A stretch of 64,000 nt of DNA from positions 1,731-65,730 of the forward strand of contig JBAYUF010000002.1 in the NCBI GenBank assembly GCA_041675205.1, given 5' to 3'. The notes beneath the pieces were generated by a model. It had not been told where the DNA came from. It searched no databases and saw only the letters and a list, made by a program, of their open reading frames with translations. Shown here piece by piece: positions 1 to 10,327 of the stretch (within the stretch, counting starts at the first letter, position 1; the number at the start of each line of letters is the position of its first letter). Position numbers and translations under genes: made by a program. The DNA comes from Patescibacteria group bacterium. GTDB lineage: Bacteria > Patescibacteriota > Patescibacteriia > GWA2-46-9.

Positions 1-237
1 ACGGGCTTCAGCCTCAGCAATAAATTCATCCGAGACAACCACCTTTACATCAAAGACATGAGTTAACGCTGTTTCTAAATCAAATTCCACCTTAATGTTC
101 TGATTTTTTTCGCCAAAATCTTTTCGATACGCAGCGGCGAGTGCTGCTTCAATAGTGCCAACAATTGATTCGACGGTTAGTCCTTTCTCTTCGGCGATTT
201 GTTGAACAGCGGCCTTAATTGGCGACTCACCCGACAT
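1..237 (-). CDS. nusA: Transcription elongation factor NusA, N-terminal part (runs off the window)
   Basis: Manual translation from ATG at 237: MSGESPIKAAVQQIAEEKGLTVESIVGTIEAALAAAYRKDFG, the typical NusA N-terminus (EKG...IEAAL..AYRK). Confidence 0.9.
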   Translation of the reverse strand, partial: MSGESPIKAAVQQIAEEKGLTVESIVGTIEAALAAAYRKDFGEKNQNIKVEFDLETALTHVFDVKVVVSDEFIAEAEAR

Positions 238-326
238 GTTTGTAATAGTTAGTTGATGCCTGAAGCATCAGTAGGAATAAAAAAACTCATTCTTCCTAGA
301 ATGAGCACTTAGTAATAATAGCCTAG

Positions 327-704
327 TTAGGGCAAAAAAGCAAGATTTGAGCCGCCGATGGCTTCATAGTGGCGCAGTATTGGCTTCTTGTCGTCAAACC
401 CAAAAACAATCGCAATCGCGTCAATACGGCAATTCGTTACAGCGTTTTGCCGAGCGTATTGGGCAAGTGCGATAGCCAAACGACGCACCTTGGCTTTTGT
501 AATAGCTTCTTCGGGTGAGCCAAAGGCATCACCTCGTCGGGTTTTCACTTCAACAAAGGCAACCGTGCCCCCTCGTGCTGCAATTATGTCTACTTCCAGT
601 TGTTTGAATCGCGCGTTTTGAGCCAATACTTTCCAACCACTATGCTCTAGGTATTGCACCGCATACTGCTCACCAAGTCGGCCGAGCTCGCTGCGGACAT
701 TCAT
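327..704 (-). CDS. YraN/UPF0102 family endonuclease-like protein
   Basis: G..GE..A..YL, EVDIIA, FVEVKTR and RIDAIAI motifs. Confidence 0.9.
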   Translation of the reverse strand: MNVRSELGRLGEQYAVQYLEHSGWKVLAQNARFKQLEVDIIAARGGTVAFVEVKTRRGDAFGSPEEAITKAKVRRLAIALAQYARQNAVTNCRIDAIAIVFGFDDKKPILRHYEAIGGSNLAFLP

Positions 705-712
705 ACATTCAG

Positions 713-1114
713 CTATGGAAGATACTGCCGACGACGACGATCTTCAGCTTGCGCTGCAGCCTGTTTTGGCACCACGCGGATTGCTCGGTACAGTAGTCGC
801 ATCGACCAAACAGCAGCGACACACGCGAGAAGGAGCATCCAGTAACGAGCCGAAAACCACGGCACTTGTTCGTATCGCAAGAAAAGAAACAGAAATGCCA
901 AGCCACTTACTGTGTAGCCAAGGATAACCCACCGTCGGGACCATGCACGCCACGCTGGTAAAAGCGTTGTCCGATGAATAAGGACTGAGCCGGCAACGGC
1001 CGCGCAGAGCACAACGCCGGCGAGTACTGCCCAGGCAATAAGACCGTTTCTACTCAACACCCCAGGGAAATTTGTCGTGAGATATGAAACAGAGAAAAAA
1101 TTAGCTATGTTCAT
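713..1114 (-). CDS. Hypothetical membrane protein (about 3 TM)
   Basis: 133-aa ORF co-oriented in the operon, with hydrophobic segments and a basic C-terminus. Confidence 0.7.
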   Translation of the reverse strand: MNIANFFSVSYLTTNFPGVLSRNGLIAWAVLAGVVLCAAVAGSVLIHRTTLLPAWRAWSRRWVILGYTVSGLAFLFLFLRYEQVPWFSARYWMLLLACVAAVWSMRLLYRAIRVVPKQAAAQAEDRRRRQYLP

Positions 1115-1162
1115 AGTGTTGCCGAGTATACCAGGTAGCGGTCACACCGTGAAGACCCTCGA

Positions 1163-1765
1163 TTAGGTGAGAAATTTTTTACAAAATGACTGCCGATGAA
1201 TCTTTGTCAGCCCATGCATTCGAATAGCTTTTTCATGCGCGGCAGTGCCATACCCAACGTGCGACTCAAAGCCATACTGCGGATGTGTGGCGGCCAGCGT
1301 AAACATTAGTTTGTCACGATATACTTTCGCCAGTATCGACGCAGCTGCAATCGAACGTATCACGATGTCCCCATGTAGTACCCCTTCAACAGGGCAGCGA
1401 TAATCTGTAATTGAAAAATAATCTGCCAGAACATAGTCAGGGCGTGGACGCAGGGCATCAAGTGCCAACCTGAAGGCCAGCTCGTTTGCGCTAGCAACGC
1501 CAAGCCGATCAACAGCTGCTGGAGGTACCTGTCCATAACCGATACTCTCTGCAACAGCTAAAATTCTTTTTGCGAATTGTTCACGCTGCAATCGAGTGAG
1601 TGCTTTTGAATCTTTAAGATTTGGCAAACGCGCCCCCACTCGAAGCACTACGGCTGCTGCTACGAGTGGACCAGCCAACGCTCCCCGCCCTACCTCGTCG
1701 ACACCAGCAACAAGCGGGTACCCTTGCCCGCGCCGACGCGACTCGAGTGGTCGAAACGTAAAAAT
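1163..1765 (-). CDS. rnhB: Ribonuclease HII
   Basis: GVDEVGRGALAGP, DSK, SIAAASILAKVYRD, GYGT and HRQSF motifs. The frame is open upstream to ATT at 1765; the start codon is uncertain (see findings). Confidence 0.92.
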   Translation of the reverse strand: MFTFRPLESRRRGQGYPLVAGVDEVGRGALAGPLVAAAVVLRVGARLPNLKDSKALTRLQREQFAKRILAVAESIGYGQVPPAAVDRLGVASANELAFRLALDALRPRPDYVLADYFSITDYRCPVEGVLHGDIVIRSIAAASILAKVYRDKLMFTLAATHPQYGFESHVGYGTAAHEKAIRMHGLTKIHRQSFCKKFLT

Positions 1766-1769
1766 CTAT

Positions 1770-2096
1770 TTAGCTAGCAAGAGCGTTCAATTTTTGTCGG
1801 AGAACTTCCTCTGGTTGCACGCCAACAAGCTGTTCCACCACCTTACCGCCCTTAAAAAAAAGTAGCGTGGGGATACTGAGAATACCAAAGCCACCAGCCG
1901 TCGCTTGGTTTTCGTCTACGTTCATTTTGGCAATCTTTATCGGTTTCCCCGCAAATTCCACTGCCAATTTTTCTACAATTGGGCCAAGCACTCTGCATGG
2001 TCCACACCAGGGCGCCCAAAAATCAACTAACACCGGCACGTCCGATTTCAAAACCTCAGCGTCAAAATTTTGATCTGTCACGATAACTTCAGCCAT
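1770..2096 (-). CDS. trxA: Thioredoxin
   Basis: WAPWCGPC active site, SIPTL motif, 108 aa. Confidence 0.97.
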   Translation of the reverse strand: MAEVIVTDQNFDAEVLKSDVPVLVDFWAPWCGPCRVLGPIVEKLAVEFAGKPIKIAKMNVDENQATAGGFGILSIPTLLFFKGGKVVEQLVGVQPEEVLRQKLNALAS

Positions 2097-2123
2097 ATAG
2101 TTTGCGTAAAATAATTAACTACA

Positions 2124-2456
2124 TTAATAGAGTCGACCACCAACAGGCACGGCTTCGTCTGGCGTAATGAGCACACATTGTCCTTGTTCGTCTGGTACGC
2201 CGAGCGTTAACGATTCTGAAATAAACGGGCCAATCTGCCTAGGAGGAAAGTTTACCACACCAAGCACCAGCTTACCGAGTAGCTGCTCTTTTGTGTAGTG
2301 CGTTACAAGCTGAGCGCTGGACCGTTTAGTCCCAATCTCAGAACCAAAGTCAATTGTTAGTTTATACGCCGGTTTTCTCGCCTCAGGAAAATCTTCTACT
2401 GCTGTAATGCGGCCGACTCGAACATCGAGCTCAGTAAATGCTTCGAAACTAGTCAT
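2124..2456 (-). CDS. csaA: tRNA-binding/chaperone protein CsaA (OB fold)
   Basis: LDVRVGRI, ARKPAYKLTIDFG, SSAQL and VVNFPPRQIG motifs; start taken at MTSFEAF. Confidence 0.88.
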   Translation of the reverse strand: MTSFEAFTELDVRVGRITAVEDFPEARKPAYKLTIDFGSEIGTKRSSAQLVTHYTKEQLLGKLVLGVVNFPPRQIGPFISESLTLGVPDEQGQCVLITPDEAVPVGGRLY

Positions 2457-2904
2457 ATTCACCTCGTGCAATTTTTTTAAACTCCTCTTCATATCGCTTC
2501 ACAATAGTCGCAAACCCCGTATGCAGTGGGCTGGGTAACGCATCGAGGGTGAACCAACCCAACTCATCAATTTTATCTGGCTCATTAATGCGAACCTCGC
2601 TCGGATCCACCAAAATAAAAAACGGAATTGCCACCCAGTGTGTTGGTTGTCCGTTGTGCTCACGAAAAATATCCAGTGCCGGCAACCGTCCTTGAATAAC
2701 ACCGTTGACTCCGAGCTCTTCGTAAATTTCACGCAACACATTGTCTTCCATTGAAACACCAAAATCTAATTTTCCCCCACCACCGTCCCATCGACCTTGT
2801 TCATCACGACACGCTGCACCACGACGATGTAAAAGAAAATTTCCTTTACCATCGTGACAGCAAAAGGAAGTTGTTACGCCAACGTAATCTTTACCAACGA
2901 CCAT
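2449..2904 (-). CDS. NUDIX hydrolase
   Basis: Nudix-box-like GGKLDFGVSMEDNVLREIYEELG; EPDK...WF motif. Confidence 0.85.
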   Translation of the reverse strand: MVVGKDYVGVTTSFCCHDGKGNFLLHRRGAACRDEQGRWDGGGGKLDFGVSMEDNVLREIYEELGVNGVIQGRLPALDIFREHNGQPTHWVAIPFFILVDPSEVRINEPDKIDELGWFTLDALPSPLHTGFATIVKRYEEEFKKIARGEYD

Positions 2905-2911
2905 ATATCAA

Positions 2912-3229
2912 CTATCGCCACTGCGTAGCCATCACAAGGGCAATGCCGCAAATAAATACAGCCAGCCAGCCCAATGTTGCACCAAGAACGATGATTGCAG
3001 TCCTGCGACTACCGCTGAAATAAAGTGCCGCCGGTAATCCAAGCACCAGAAGCGCACTGACTGTGGCAGAAAGAACAAACAGCAAAAGCATGAACACCGG
3101 TATTAAGAAACTATCCACTGATCCAAATAATTGTTCCCCATTAGAGAGAAGCAATGCAACAAGACTTACGTACAGCGCAAGACTGAAGGCGTGTAAAAAA
3201 CTTCTGAAAATAATGTGAGATGTTTTCAT
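2912..3229 (-). CDS. Hypothetical membrane protein
   Basis: Three hydrophobic helices (LLLFVLSATVSALLVLGLP); co-oriented with neighbours. Confidence 0.7.
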   Translation of the reverse strand: MKTSHIIFRSFLHAFSLALYVSLVALLLSNGEQLFGSVDSFLIPVFMLLLFVLSATVSALLVLGLPAALYFSGSRRTAIIVLGATLGWLAVFICGIALVMATQWR

Positions 3230-3410
3230 AAAAAACAAAAAAATCTAAAAACTGCTGACGTGCATACTGCACTTTAAAAAACTGATGTTGCTTGCCCAGC
3301 CTGCTTGCGGGATAATTACTACCTGCGCATTTCAACTCAGCGGAATATATTTTCTGTAGCTGGATTACTGACGGACTACATAATCGGCTACCTTGAAGCA
3401 AAAATTACTC

Positions 3411-3483
<73 letters not shown>

Positions 3484-3667
3484 AAGTTTCTGAATGATAG
3501 TACAAAGAGTAGATCTACGTAAGTCTTGCCGGTCACAGTCTTCAGACTCGGCAAACCGAAGCTCCATACTTACTATAGTATATACTTGTAAATATAGCAA
3601 TTATTGTTTATAATACTATTTAATATTGACAATTTAACTAATTTATATTATAAAATATATCCGCTTG

Positions 3668-3683
3668 TGTTCCACGTGGAACA
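3668..3683. promoter_or_regulatory. parS-like palindrome
   Basis: TGTTCCACGTGGAACA, a perfect palindrome close to the parS consensus TGTTNCACGTGAAACA. Confidence 0.75.
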
Positions 3684-3722
3684 CAGTAACAATGCATGGG
3701 TACTTAACGTCTTACTTACTGT

Positions 3723-5486
3723 ATGTTATTCGAAAATAGACCCACAAATTGGCGAATACTCTCTGTATTTTTAAATGCAGCCCTGAAATACAAACGGGCC
3801 TTTTTCATTGCGTTTATTGGTGTATTGTTAGCGAGAATCACTGGTTTAACGGCCCCCATTTTCTACAAAAGATTTTTCGATACTCTAGCAACCGTTGATT
3901 TTGCTCTTGTCCCCGCCCTACAAGCCATATTGTTAACAATATTGGGAATTTATCTATTTGAAAACTTACTGAGAAGGATTGCTATATTTGCTGCCATATA
4001 CTTTCAATCCCGAACAATGTCAGATCTCTGGCAATCGGCAGAAGCGTACCTCATGGGGCATTCCTATCACTTTTTTTCGGACAACTTCTCTGGTTCTTTG
4101 GTTCGAAAAGTGACAAAGATGCCCCGTTCCTTTGAGACAATATCTGATGATTTTCTGTTCAATATTATTCCACTCGGCGTTTCCGTGACGTTTATCAGCG
4201 CTGTTCTATTTTCACGAGATTATAGACTAGGAATAGCGATGTTCCTTTGGGTAGTGATTTTTCTATCTATCAACATTGGCCTCGCAAAATGGAAACAGCA
4301 ATATGATATACGAAAAGCTGAGCTTGATTCAAAACTGACCGGTTTTCTGTCTGATATTGTTTCAAATAGTCTAAATGTACAACTTTACACAGCAAACAAG
4401 CATGAAAATGAAGGTTTCAATGCAATTTCACAAACACACGAAAGGGCCAGACGTTTCACGTGGAACATTGATGCTGGAATCGACTCAATACAAACACTGC
4501 TCACCGTCGGCATTGAAATTGCTCTCATGTTCACTGCGGTTAATCTATGGAAACAGCAAATAATTACTATCGGTGATTTCGCGCTGATTCAAGCATACTT
4601 GATTACTGTGGTACTTCAGATTTGGGATTTTGGAAGAGTATTGCGCAGACAATTCGAAGCCTTAGCCGATGCTTCTGAGGTTATCCAGATTTTAGACACA
4701 CCACACGAAATCCATGACGTGATAACTGCAAAGCCACTAAAGCCAGCCGGGGGCGAAATCGACTTTCGGAATGTAAGTTTCAGCTTTAACAAAACAAGAA
4801 CCGTTCTCAAACAGTTTTCGCTTTTAGTGAAAGCAGGTGAGCGTATTGCCCTCGTTGGTCCGTCGGGTGCAGGAAAATCTACAATCACGAAGTTGCTCTT
4901 CAGGCTTTACGATGTTGACCATGGTCGTATCTTAATTGATGGCCAAAATATTGCCGAGATAACACTCGAGAGCTTGCGCGATGCTGTGGCGCTCGTACCA
5001 CAGGACCCGATTCTATTCCACAGAACACTGCTTGAAAATATTCGATACGGAAGTCGGAATGCATCAGACGAAGATGTCATGGAAGCAGCGCGACAAGCCA
5101 ACTGCCACGACTTCATTATGGATCTACCTGAAGCGTATAGCACCTTTGTTGGTGAACGTGGGGTGCGGCTGTCTGGTGGAGAACGGCAGCGTGTTGCAAT
5201 CGCGAGAGCAATTCTTAAAAACGCACCAATTCTTGTTCTGGACGAAGCGACTTCCTCGCTTGATTCAGAGTCTGAACTGCTGATTCAAGACGCACTAAAA
5301 AAGCTGATGCACGACCGAACGACCATTGTTATCGCGCATCGACTTTCAACCATCATGGAAATGGACAGAATTATTGTCATTGAGGAAGGTGGTATTAGTG
5401 AGGCTGGAACACACACTGAACTTCTCGAACGCGACGGGACATACAAACGACTTTGGGAAATTCAGGCTGGTGGGTTTATTACCTAA
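3723..5486 (+). CDS. ABC exporter, fused permease and ATPase (MsbA/Atm1-like)
   Basis: TM domain followed by GPSGAGKST, LSGGERQR, LDEATSSLD and AHRLST. Confidence 0.95.
   Translation: MLFENRPTNWRILSVFLNAALKYKRAFFIAFIGVLLARITGLTAPIFYKRFFDTLATVDFALVPALQAILLTILGIYLFENLLRRIAIFAAIYFQSRTMSDLWQSAEAYLMGHSYHFFSDNFSGSLVRKVTKMPRSFETISDDFLFNIIPLGVSVTFISAVLFSRDYRLGIAMFLWVVIFLSINIGLAKWKQQYDIRKAELDSKLTGFLSDIVSNSLNVQLYTANKHENEGFNAISQTHERARRFTWNIDAGIDSIQTLLTVGIEIALMFTAVNLWKQQIITIGDFALIQAYLITVVLQIWDFGRVLRRQFEALADASEVIQILDTPHEIHDVITAKPLKPAGGEIDFRNVSFSFNKTRTVLKQFSLLVKAGERIALVGPSGAGKSTITKLLFRLYDVDHGRILIDGQNIAEITLESLRDAVALVPQDPILFHRTLLENIRYGSRNASDEDVMEAARQANCHDFIMDLPEAYSTFVGERGVRLSGGERQRVAIARAILKNAPILVLDEATSSLDSESELLIQDALKKLMHDRTTIVIAHRLSTIMEMDRIIVIEEGGISEAGTHTELLERDGTYKRLWEIQAGGFIT
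4452..4467. promoter_or_regulatory. parS-like site inside the ABC exporter CDS
   Basis: CGTTTCACGTGGAACA. Confidence 0.6.
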
Positions 5487-5704
5487 GGCACAGTGCGTGT
5501 TGAAAAAATCGAATATACCTCTTGCCGTATCGTGTTTCAATGTACTAGTACGCTGAAACATAAAGTGTCACTTCGTTTTGCACTCTTTGCACTCTCTCGA
5601 ACCCAAATACTTTTAGGTTGACAGTCCTCGTGACTAGTGATTGTCTGTAGTAGTTTGAACATCGAAAACAGATGCCCGCAATGCGGTGCGTCAGGGAGGC
5701 GACA

Positions 5705-6148
5705 ATGACCGAACTGTTGCTACTGGCCACAATTTTCCTGGTTTCATACCTCGTTTTTCGTGCAGTCGCGCCCCGTTGGGCAGCGTGGGTGAAAAGCCAC
5801 AAGACTCGCATGAGAAAGGAGGTCGTGACCTGGGCGATGTCCACCTACGGCTGGGATCGCACCAGAGCTCGGAACTGGGTGAACGCGAAGTTCACCTTCT
5901 ACACCGACGGCGCCGAGTGCCAAGGTGGACTGAACCTCCGCAACAAGAAGACAGTTCACCACCTACCGAGATGCCTGGTACGGATTATCGGGAACCTCGA
6001 CATTCGAGGCACCGGCGTCAAGCACCCCCCGAAGGTGGCTGTTCTCGGCCGGCTTCGAGCAGACGGCGCCCTTCGGGTCGCCGGCAATTCCTCTCACCTG
6101 TGGAGGGGGAGGCGTTGCCGGACCCATCGACGGGTTGGACGAAGATGA
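5705..6148 (+). CDS. Hypothetical GC-rich orphan protein with N-terminal TM
   Basis: GGGAGG Shine-Dalgarno before ATG 5705, upstream TTGACA, downstream hairpin; C-terminal frame uncertain. Confidence 0.6.
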   Translation: MTELLLLATIFLVSYLVFRAVAPRWAAWVKSHKTRMRKEVVTWAMSTYGWDRTRARNWVNAKFTFYTDGAECQGGLNLRNKKTVHHLPRCLVRIIGNLDIRGTGVKHPPKVAVLGRLRADGALRVAGNSSHLWRGRRCRTHRRVGRR

Positions 6149-6150
6149 AC

Positions 6151-6184
6151 AGAGGCCCGGTGCGTATCGTCGCGCCGGGCCTCT
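6151..6184. terminator. Hairpin between convergent genes
   Basis: AGAGGCCCGGTGCG / CGCGCCGGGCCTCT inverted repeat. Confidence 0.65.
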
Positions 6185-6203
6185 CTCAAAACTGCTAGGC
6201 AGG

Positions 6204-7346
6204 TTATGTTAACTGGTGGAATAATTCATACCCGGCACTAAAAACAAAAAGCACAACCAGCACACTGGCGGCGATACGGTTCATTGGCAAAAAACGAAAA
6301 CGAGAAATTCCTAATCCGCGAATCTTTTGCAACATGAGAACAATGAAGATGCCATCAATGGCAATCGAGATACCTCCCAAAAATGCGATGAGACTAACAA
6401 AATTGTTTGCGCCAAAAAGAAACGGAACAACCGGTAAGGCTACCGCGAGGAACCAAGAAGCGGTCGGTGAAATTTTAAAATCAAACTCATAGATTTCTTT
6501 GAGGTCGTACCCAAGTGAAAGATACGATTTAAAAACAGCTACGAAACCAAGCGCTGCTCCGAATTGAACGACGGACGGACCAAGCACTGCCACCAAACCA
6601 CTTAGGGCATCAGTAGTAACAGCCCCGCCTGATGCCATTAACACACCCGCAACAAAAATAGCAGTGGTGATTAATGGCAGCACCACACCGGCAACTATGA
6701 GTAACCGTAACCGTCGACAATCATCAACCGTCCCACGAAAAAATTGATACGCGTCTGCGATGACGACGTACCCGGAAAGTGAAAAAAGAAACACCGCAAA
6801 AGCAAACAGTGGATCATTGCCAATCGCAGGGAGTTGAGCAATGTCGCCCCGCACTATGCCCGCTAACCCGATGCCAACAAACGAGGTCATGAGCGGCAGC
6901 GCCAACATGAAATTGATTTCGCTAATTTGTCGGGCACGACCAAGAAGGAGCAAGGCGCCGACAACAAAAAATGTAATTGACCAATACGTTGCTGCACCAC
7001 CAAAAATTTTACTTAGAAATATGCCGCCCAGAAGCACATAGCCAAGCAGCACGCCACTGACGAAGATGACTTCGTTTACTGCGGCTATCCACCCGGGTAC
7101 AGATCCAAGATAACGCCGCACATAACCTGGCAAACGGTGCTGTTCAATTGTGCTCGCCACAACTTCACCATAACTGAGGTGTATTGCCAGCACGGCCGCT
7201 GCCGCCAGCACAGCGAGGAGAGTAGACCATCCTACACCTGAGATAGTCACCGCGTAAGGTACGGCAAAAATACCTGCACCTATAGTAAGACCCGCAATCA
7301 TACCTGCGGCTGAGAAAAATGGAGGAGCAAAAAGTGTTGTGCGCAT
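6204..7346 (-). CDS. Aromatic amino acid permease family transporter
   Basis: GLTIGAGIFAVPY TM1 motif, about 11 TM segments, SYL.LG motif. Confidence 0.85.
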   Translation of the reverse strand: MRTTLFAPPFFSAAGMIAGLTIGAGIFAVPYAVTISGVGWSTLLAVLAAAAVLAIHLSYGEVVASTIEQHRLPGYVRRYLGSVPGWIAAVNEVIFVSGVLLGYVLLGGIFLSKIFGGAATYWSITFFVVGALLLLGRARQISEINFMLALPLMTSFVGIGLAGIVRGDIAQLPAIGNDPLFAFAVFLFSLSGYVVIADAYQFFRGTVDDCRRLRLLIVAGVVLPLITTAIFVAGVLMASGGAVTTDALSGLVAVLGPSVVQFGAALGFVAVFKSYLSLGYDLKEIYEFDFKISPTASWFLAVALPVVPFLFGANNFVSLIAFLGGISIAIDGIFIVLMLQKIRGLGISRFRFLPMNRIAASVLVVLFVFSAGYELFHQLT

Positions 7347-7458
7347 GTGATTAATCAAGCTGACTGATGTATCAGCGATACACTGACTCTACCAAGAATA
7401 GCACCACCGGTGGTGCTGTCGAGAGAATTATTCTGCCTCTGTGTTCTTTGTAGTAATT

Positions 7459-7474
7459 GGTTCCACGTGAAACG
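7459..7474. promoter_or_regulatory. parS-like site
   Basis: GGTTCCACGTGAAACG, intergenic. Confidence 0.6.
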
Positions 7475-7528
7475 TACGTATCGTCGTCTGAACATGCCGT
7501 TCACATACTGCTGACCTTACGTTACCGC

Positions 7529-8635
7529 TTATTCTACCGGAATAAATTTACCGCCTTTAGCTCTTACAACGTCATAATTACCAACTACGTCACCATGTTC
7601 GTCGAAATCAATATGTCCTGACGCACCTTCAAATGTTACCTCGCGAAGCACCTTGGCAATTGCGTCGCCACTTCGAGCACCCTTCAGTATGGCAAGATTT
7701 AACGCTCGCATTGCGTCATATCCCTGCGCGGCGAATGGTCCAGGTTCTGCACCGTTGTATTCGGCTTTATGACGTTCAATAAACCCACTCGTTCCAGCAC
7801 TGACCGAGGTGACAATTAACCCTTCGGCAGCAATGCCGGCGCCAATTAAAATGTCATCACTTTTCAACCCTTCAGATCCATAGAGTGGTACGGTCACCCC
7901 AAGTTCACGCAGTTGCTTTAGCGTGGCGACGGCCGTCTCTGGATTATTCACGACAATGTAAACGGCATCTGGCTCAGCACTTTTAACTGCTTCTATTTGA
8001 ACTCGCACATCAACATCGTCTCGACCAAACGTTTCCGTCGCCACTACCGCACCACCCCGCTCTGAGAATTGTTTGGTTAACACATCTTTAAAACCAAGCC
8101 CGTACTCTTCGTTGCTGTAGAGAACAGCCAACTTTCGGAATCCATTGTCGTACACCAAATTTGCGCCGAATAATCCTTGTGATGCGTCAGACGGTACCGT
8201 GCGGAAAAAAAATGTACCAGCCTCGCTCAGCCGAGGACTAGTTGACGCTGGGCTAATCATGACGACGCCATTCTGATTGGCAACTGGTGCAGCGGCTAAT
8301 GTAGCGCCTGAGCAAACTTCACCAACAATGGCACTCACACCATCAACTGAAATAAGTTTGTTCACCGCATTCACCGTGTCGCGACCTTCACACTTCGTAT
8401 CTTCAAAAACAATCTCAATGGTTCCTGGGTTCAACTCACGTGACGCCATCTCTACGCCTCGACGAATACTTTCGCCGTAACTGGCAGCGCCACCCGAGAG
8501 CGGCCCCACCCACCCAATTTTTATTGGTCCAGCGAGCACCTCGTTCTCAGAGCGTTGCTGATATAACGTGTACCCAGCAAAACCAAGAAGTGCCAGAACG
8601 AGAAAACCGGAAAGTATTTGCAGTGATTTATTCAT
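7529..8635 (-). CDS. Branched-chain amino acid-type ABC substrate-binding protein (LivJ/LivK-like)
   Basis: IKIGWVGPLSG, EDTKC, GEVCSGAT, FFFRTVPSD and FEGASGHIDFD..GD motifs; N-terminal anchor. Confidence 0.9.
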   Translation of the reverse strand: MNKSLQILSGFLVLALLGFAGYTLYQQRSENEVLAGPIKIGWVGPLSGGAASYGESIRRGVEMASRELNPGTIEIVFEDTKCEGRDTVNAVNKLISVDGVSAIVGEVCSGATLAAAPVANQNGVVMISPASTSPRLSEAGTFFFRTVPSDASQGLFGANLVYDNGFRKLAVLYSNEEYGLGFKDVLTKQFSERGGAVVATETFGRDDVDVRVQIEAVKSAEPDAVYIVVNNPETAVATLKQLRELGVTVPLYGSEGLKSDDILIGAGIAAEGLIVTSVSAGTSGFIERHKAEYNGAEPGPFAAQGYDAMRALNLAILKGARSGDAIAKVLREVTFEGASGHIDFDEHGDVVGNYDVVRAKGGKFIPVE

Positions 8636-8799
8636 AACGTACAAAGTGATTAAAGACTACCTTACCGTAAGGGTACCCAGCAAAAACTTCTCTGACAAGC
8701 AGTTCGCCTTCTCTTGACCGCGCCACTCGAAACAAGTAAAAAGGCTGAGCTTGATAAAGCTACGACCTTCACAACTAGCACCCGCTGAAAGCGGAAAGG

Positions 8800-10251
8800 A
8801 TGGTACCAATGATACCTCTTGGCGCGGTCATTCAAGAGCTCAAGGAATCGAGCAACCGTCGTGGGCTCAACCTCCAACTGCCCTGTGACGGGCACTACCA
8901 GCCCGGGGATTTGCGCTGGGCCTTTGGATACGACATGCGCACCTCATGGTGGGCACTTGTGGAATTCCGCTGGCTCGAAACGTTGGCAGCAACCGGGCAG
9001 ATGCCGGTTATGACTGGCACGCTGCTGACGCCGAATCTTCTCCGACGTGTCTTCGAGAAGACGCATACGGCGCGGGTAACGAGGCGTGAACGGGGAACGC
9101 CAACGAACCCCGGAACAGGGCACGACGTTCTTGCCCTCTTGGCGTGCATGCGTCAAGCGCTGCCACGGGAACTGCACCAGTACCTGCACCTCGATCTGAC
9201 ATCGTACGACACCATTTCGACCGCTTACGCGTTGCAAATGCGCGAAGCGTTCGAGGAGACGTTCTACGTCAAAGCTGGTGAAGTTGACCAACGGTGGCGA
9301 AGCCTGATTGCAGAGTACGCCGAGGTGGTCCAAATTGGACGGACTCACCTCCAGTACGCCCTACCCATCACCGTGGGTTGCTGGCTCGCTCAACTGCGTA
9401 ACCGTTTCGCGGCAAGCGTTCGTGAAGCAAGGAAACTCAGTCGCGCGATTCCTGGGAAAGCGAGTGGTGCAGTAGGCACGAGTGCGGCGCTGCGACACCA
9501 CTTTGGAACGAACGACCTCGAAGTTGGGCTACTCAATTCCTTGCGGTTGCCGCGGCCGCTGCAGTCTACCCAGATCACACCGCCAGAAGCGTTCGTCAGA
9601 TTTCTGGGTGAAATTGTACTGACCTCTGGGTCACTGGCTAATCTGGGGGAAGACGTACGGCTGCTGCAGTCGTCTGACATCGGAGAATTGACGAGCATCG
9701 GCTCAACAAGCTCGACGATGGCACATAAGACTGGTAACCCGGTGGCAGCCGAGAATATGGCCGGCATGCACGGCAGTGTTCTTGGTGCGTACACCATGGT
9801 ACTCGGAACACTCGTAAGCGACCTGCAGCGAGACCTTCGCGGATCGAGCGTGATGCGCGGCTTCGGCGGCGTACTTTGCTACACCTACCAGCAGCTACTA
9901 ACCGCCGACCGGTTGCTGAAAAGTCTGCGGGTAAACGAGGCTCGCTGCACAGAGAATCTGCAGAAAGCCGGACCGTGTGTAACGGCCGAACTGCTTTACG
10001 TATCACTGCTGCATGCGGGCTTCGCGAATGCCCATACGCTCGTGAACAAGGTAATCGTTCCGGCGGCGCGGGCAACTGGTTGCGACTTGGTAGTTGCCAC
10101 AGACACGGTCATCAAGCAGACGCGAAACAGACGGCTTCGCGCCGCTTGGACTCTCGTTCCGGAGGAAACGAGAAGGCAAATCGCTTCGCCCAGAGACTAC
10201 CTTGGTGATGCAGTAAAGTTGGCGGTTCGAACTGCCCACGATCAACTGTAA
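8800..10251 (+). CDS. purB: Adenylosuccinate lyase-like protein (fumarase/aspartase superfamily), divergent
   Basis: HDVLA, LH..LTSYD, GRTHLQYA, GAVGT, SSTMAHK.GNP..AEN and LQRDL motifs. Confidence 0.75.
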   Translation: MVPMIPLGAVIQELKESSNRRGLNLQLPCDGHYQPGDLRWAFGYDMRTSWWALVEFRWLETLAATGQMPVMTGTLLTPNLLRRVFEKTHTARVTRRERGTPTNPGTGHDVLALLACMRQALPRELHQYLHLDLTSYDTISTAYALQMREAFEETFYVKAGEVDQRWRSLIAEYAEVVQIGRTHLQYALPITVGCWLAQLRNRFAASVREARKLSRAIPGKASGAVGTSAALRHHFGTNDLEVGLLNSLRLPRPLQSTQITPPEAFVRFLGEIVLTSGSLANLGEDVRLLQSSDIGELTSIGSTSSTMAHKTGNPVAAENMAGMHGSVLGAYTMVLGTLVSDLQRDLRGSSVMRGFGGVLCYTYQQLLTADRLLKSLRVNEARCTENLQKAGPCVTAELLYVSLLHAGFANAHTLVNKVIVPAARATGCDLVVATDTVIKQTRNRRLRAAWTLVPEETRRQIASPRDYLGDAVKLAVRTAHDQL

Positions 10252-10274
10252 AGAAAGGGAGGAACAAAGAGGGA

Positions 10275-10308
10275 AACGGCCGTCCGGACGAAAGTCTGGA
10301 CGGCCGTT
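10275..10308. terminator. Strong hairpin with GAAA loop after the purB-like gene
   Basis: AACGGCCGTCCGGAC-GAAA-GTCTGGACGGCCGTT. Confidence 0.75.
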
Positions 10309-10327
10309 CTCATTACAGAAATTAATA

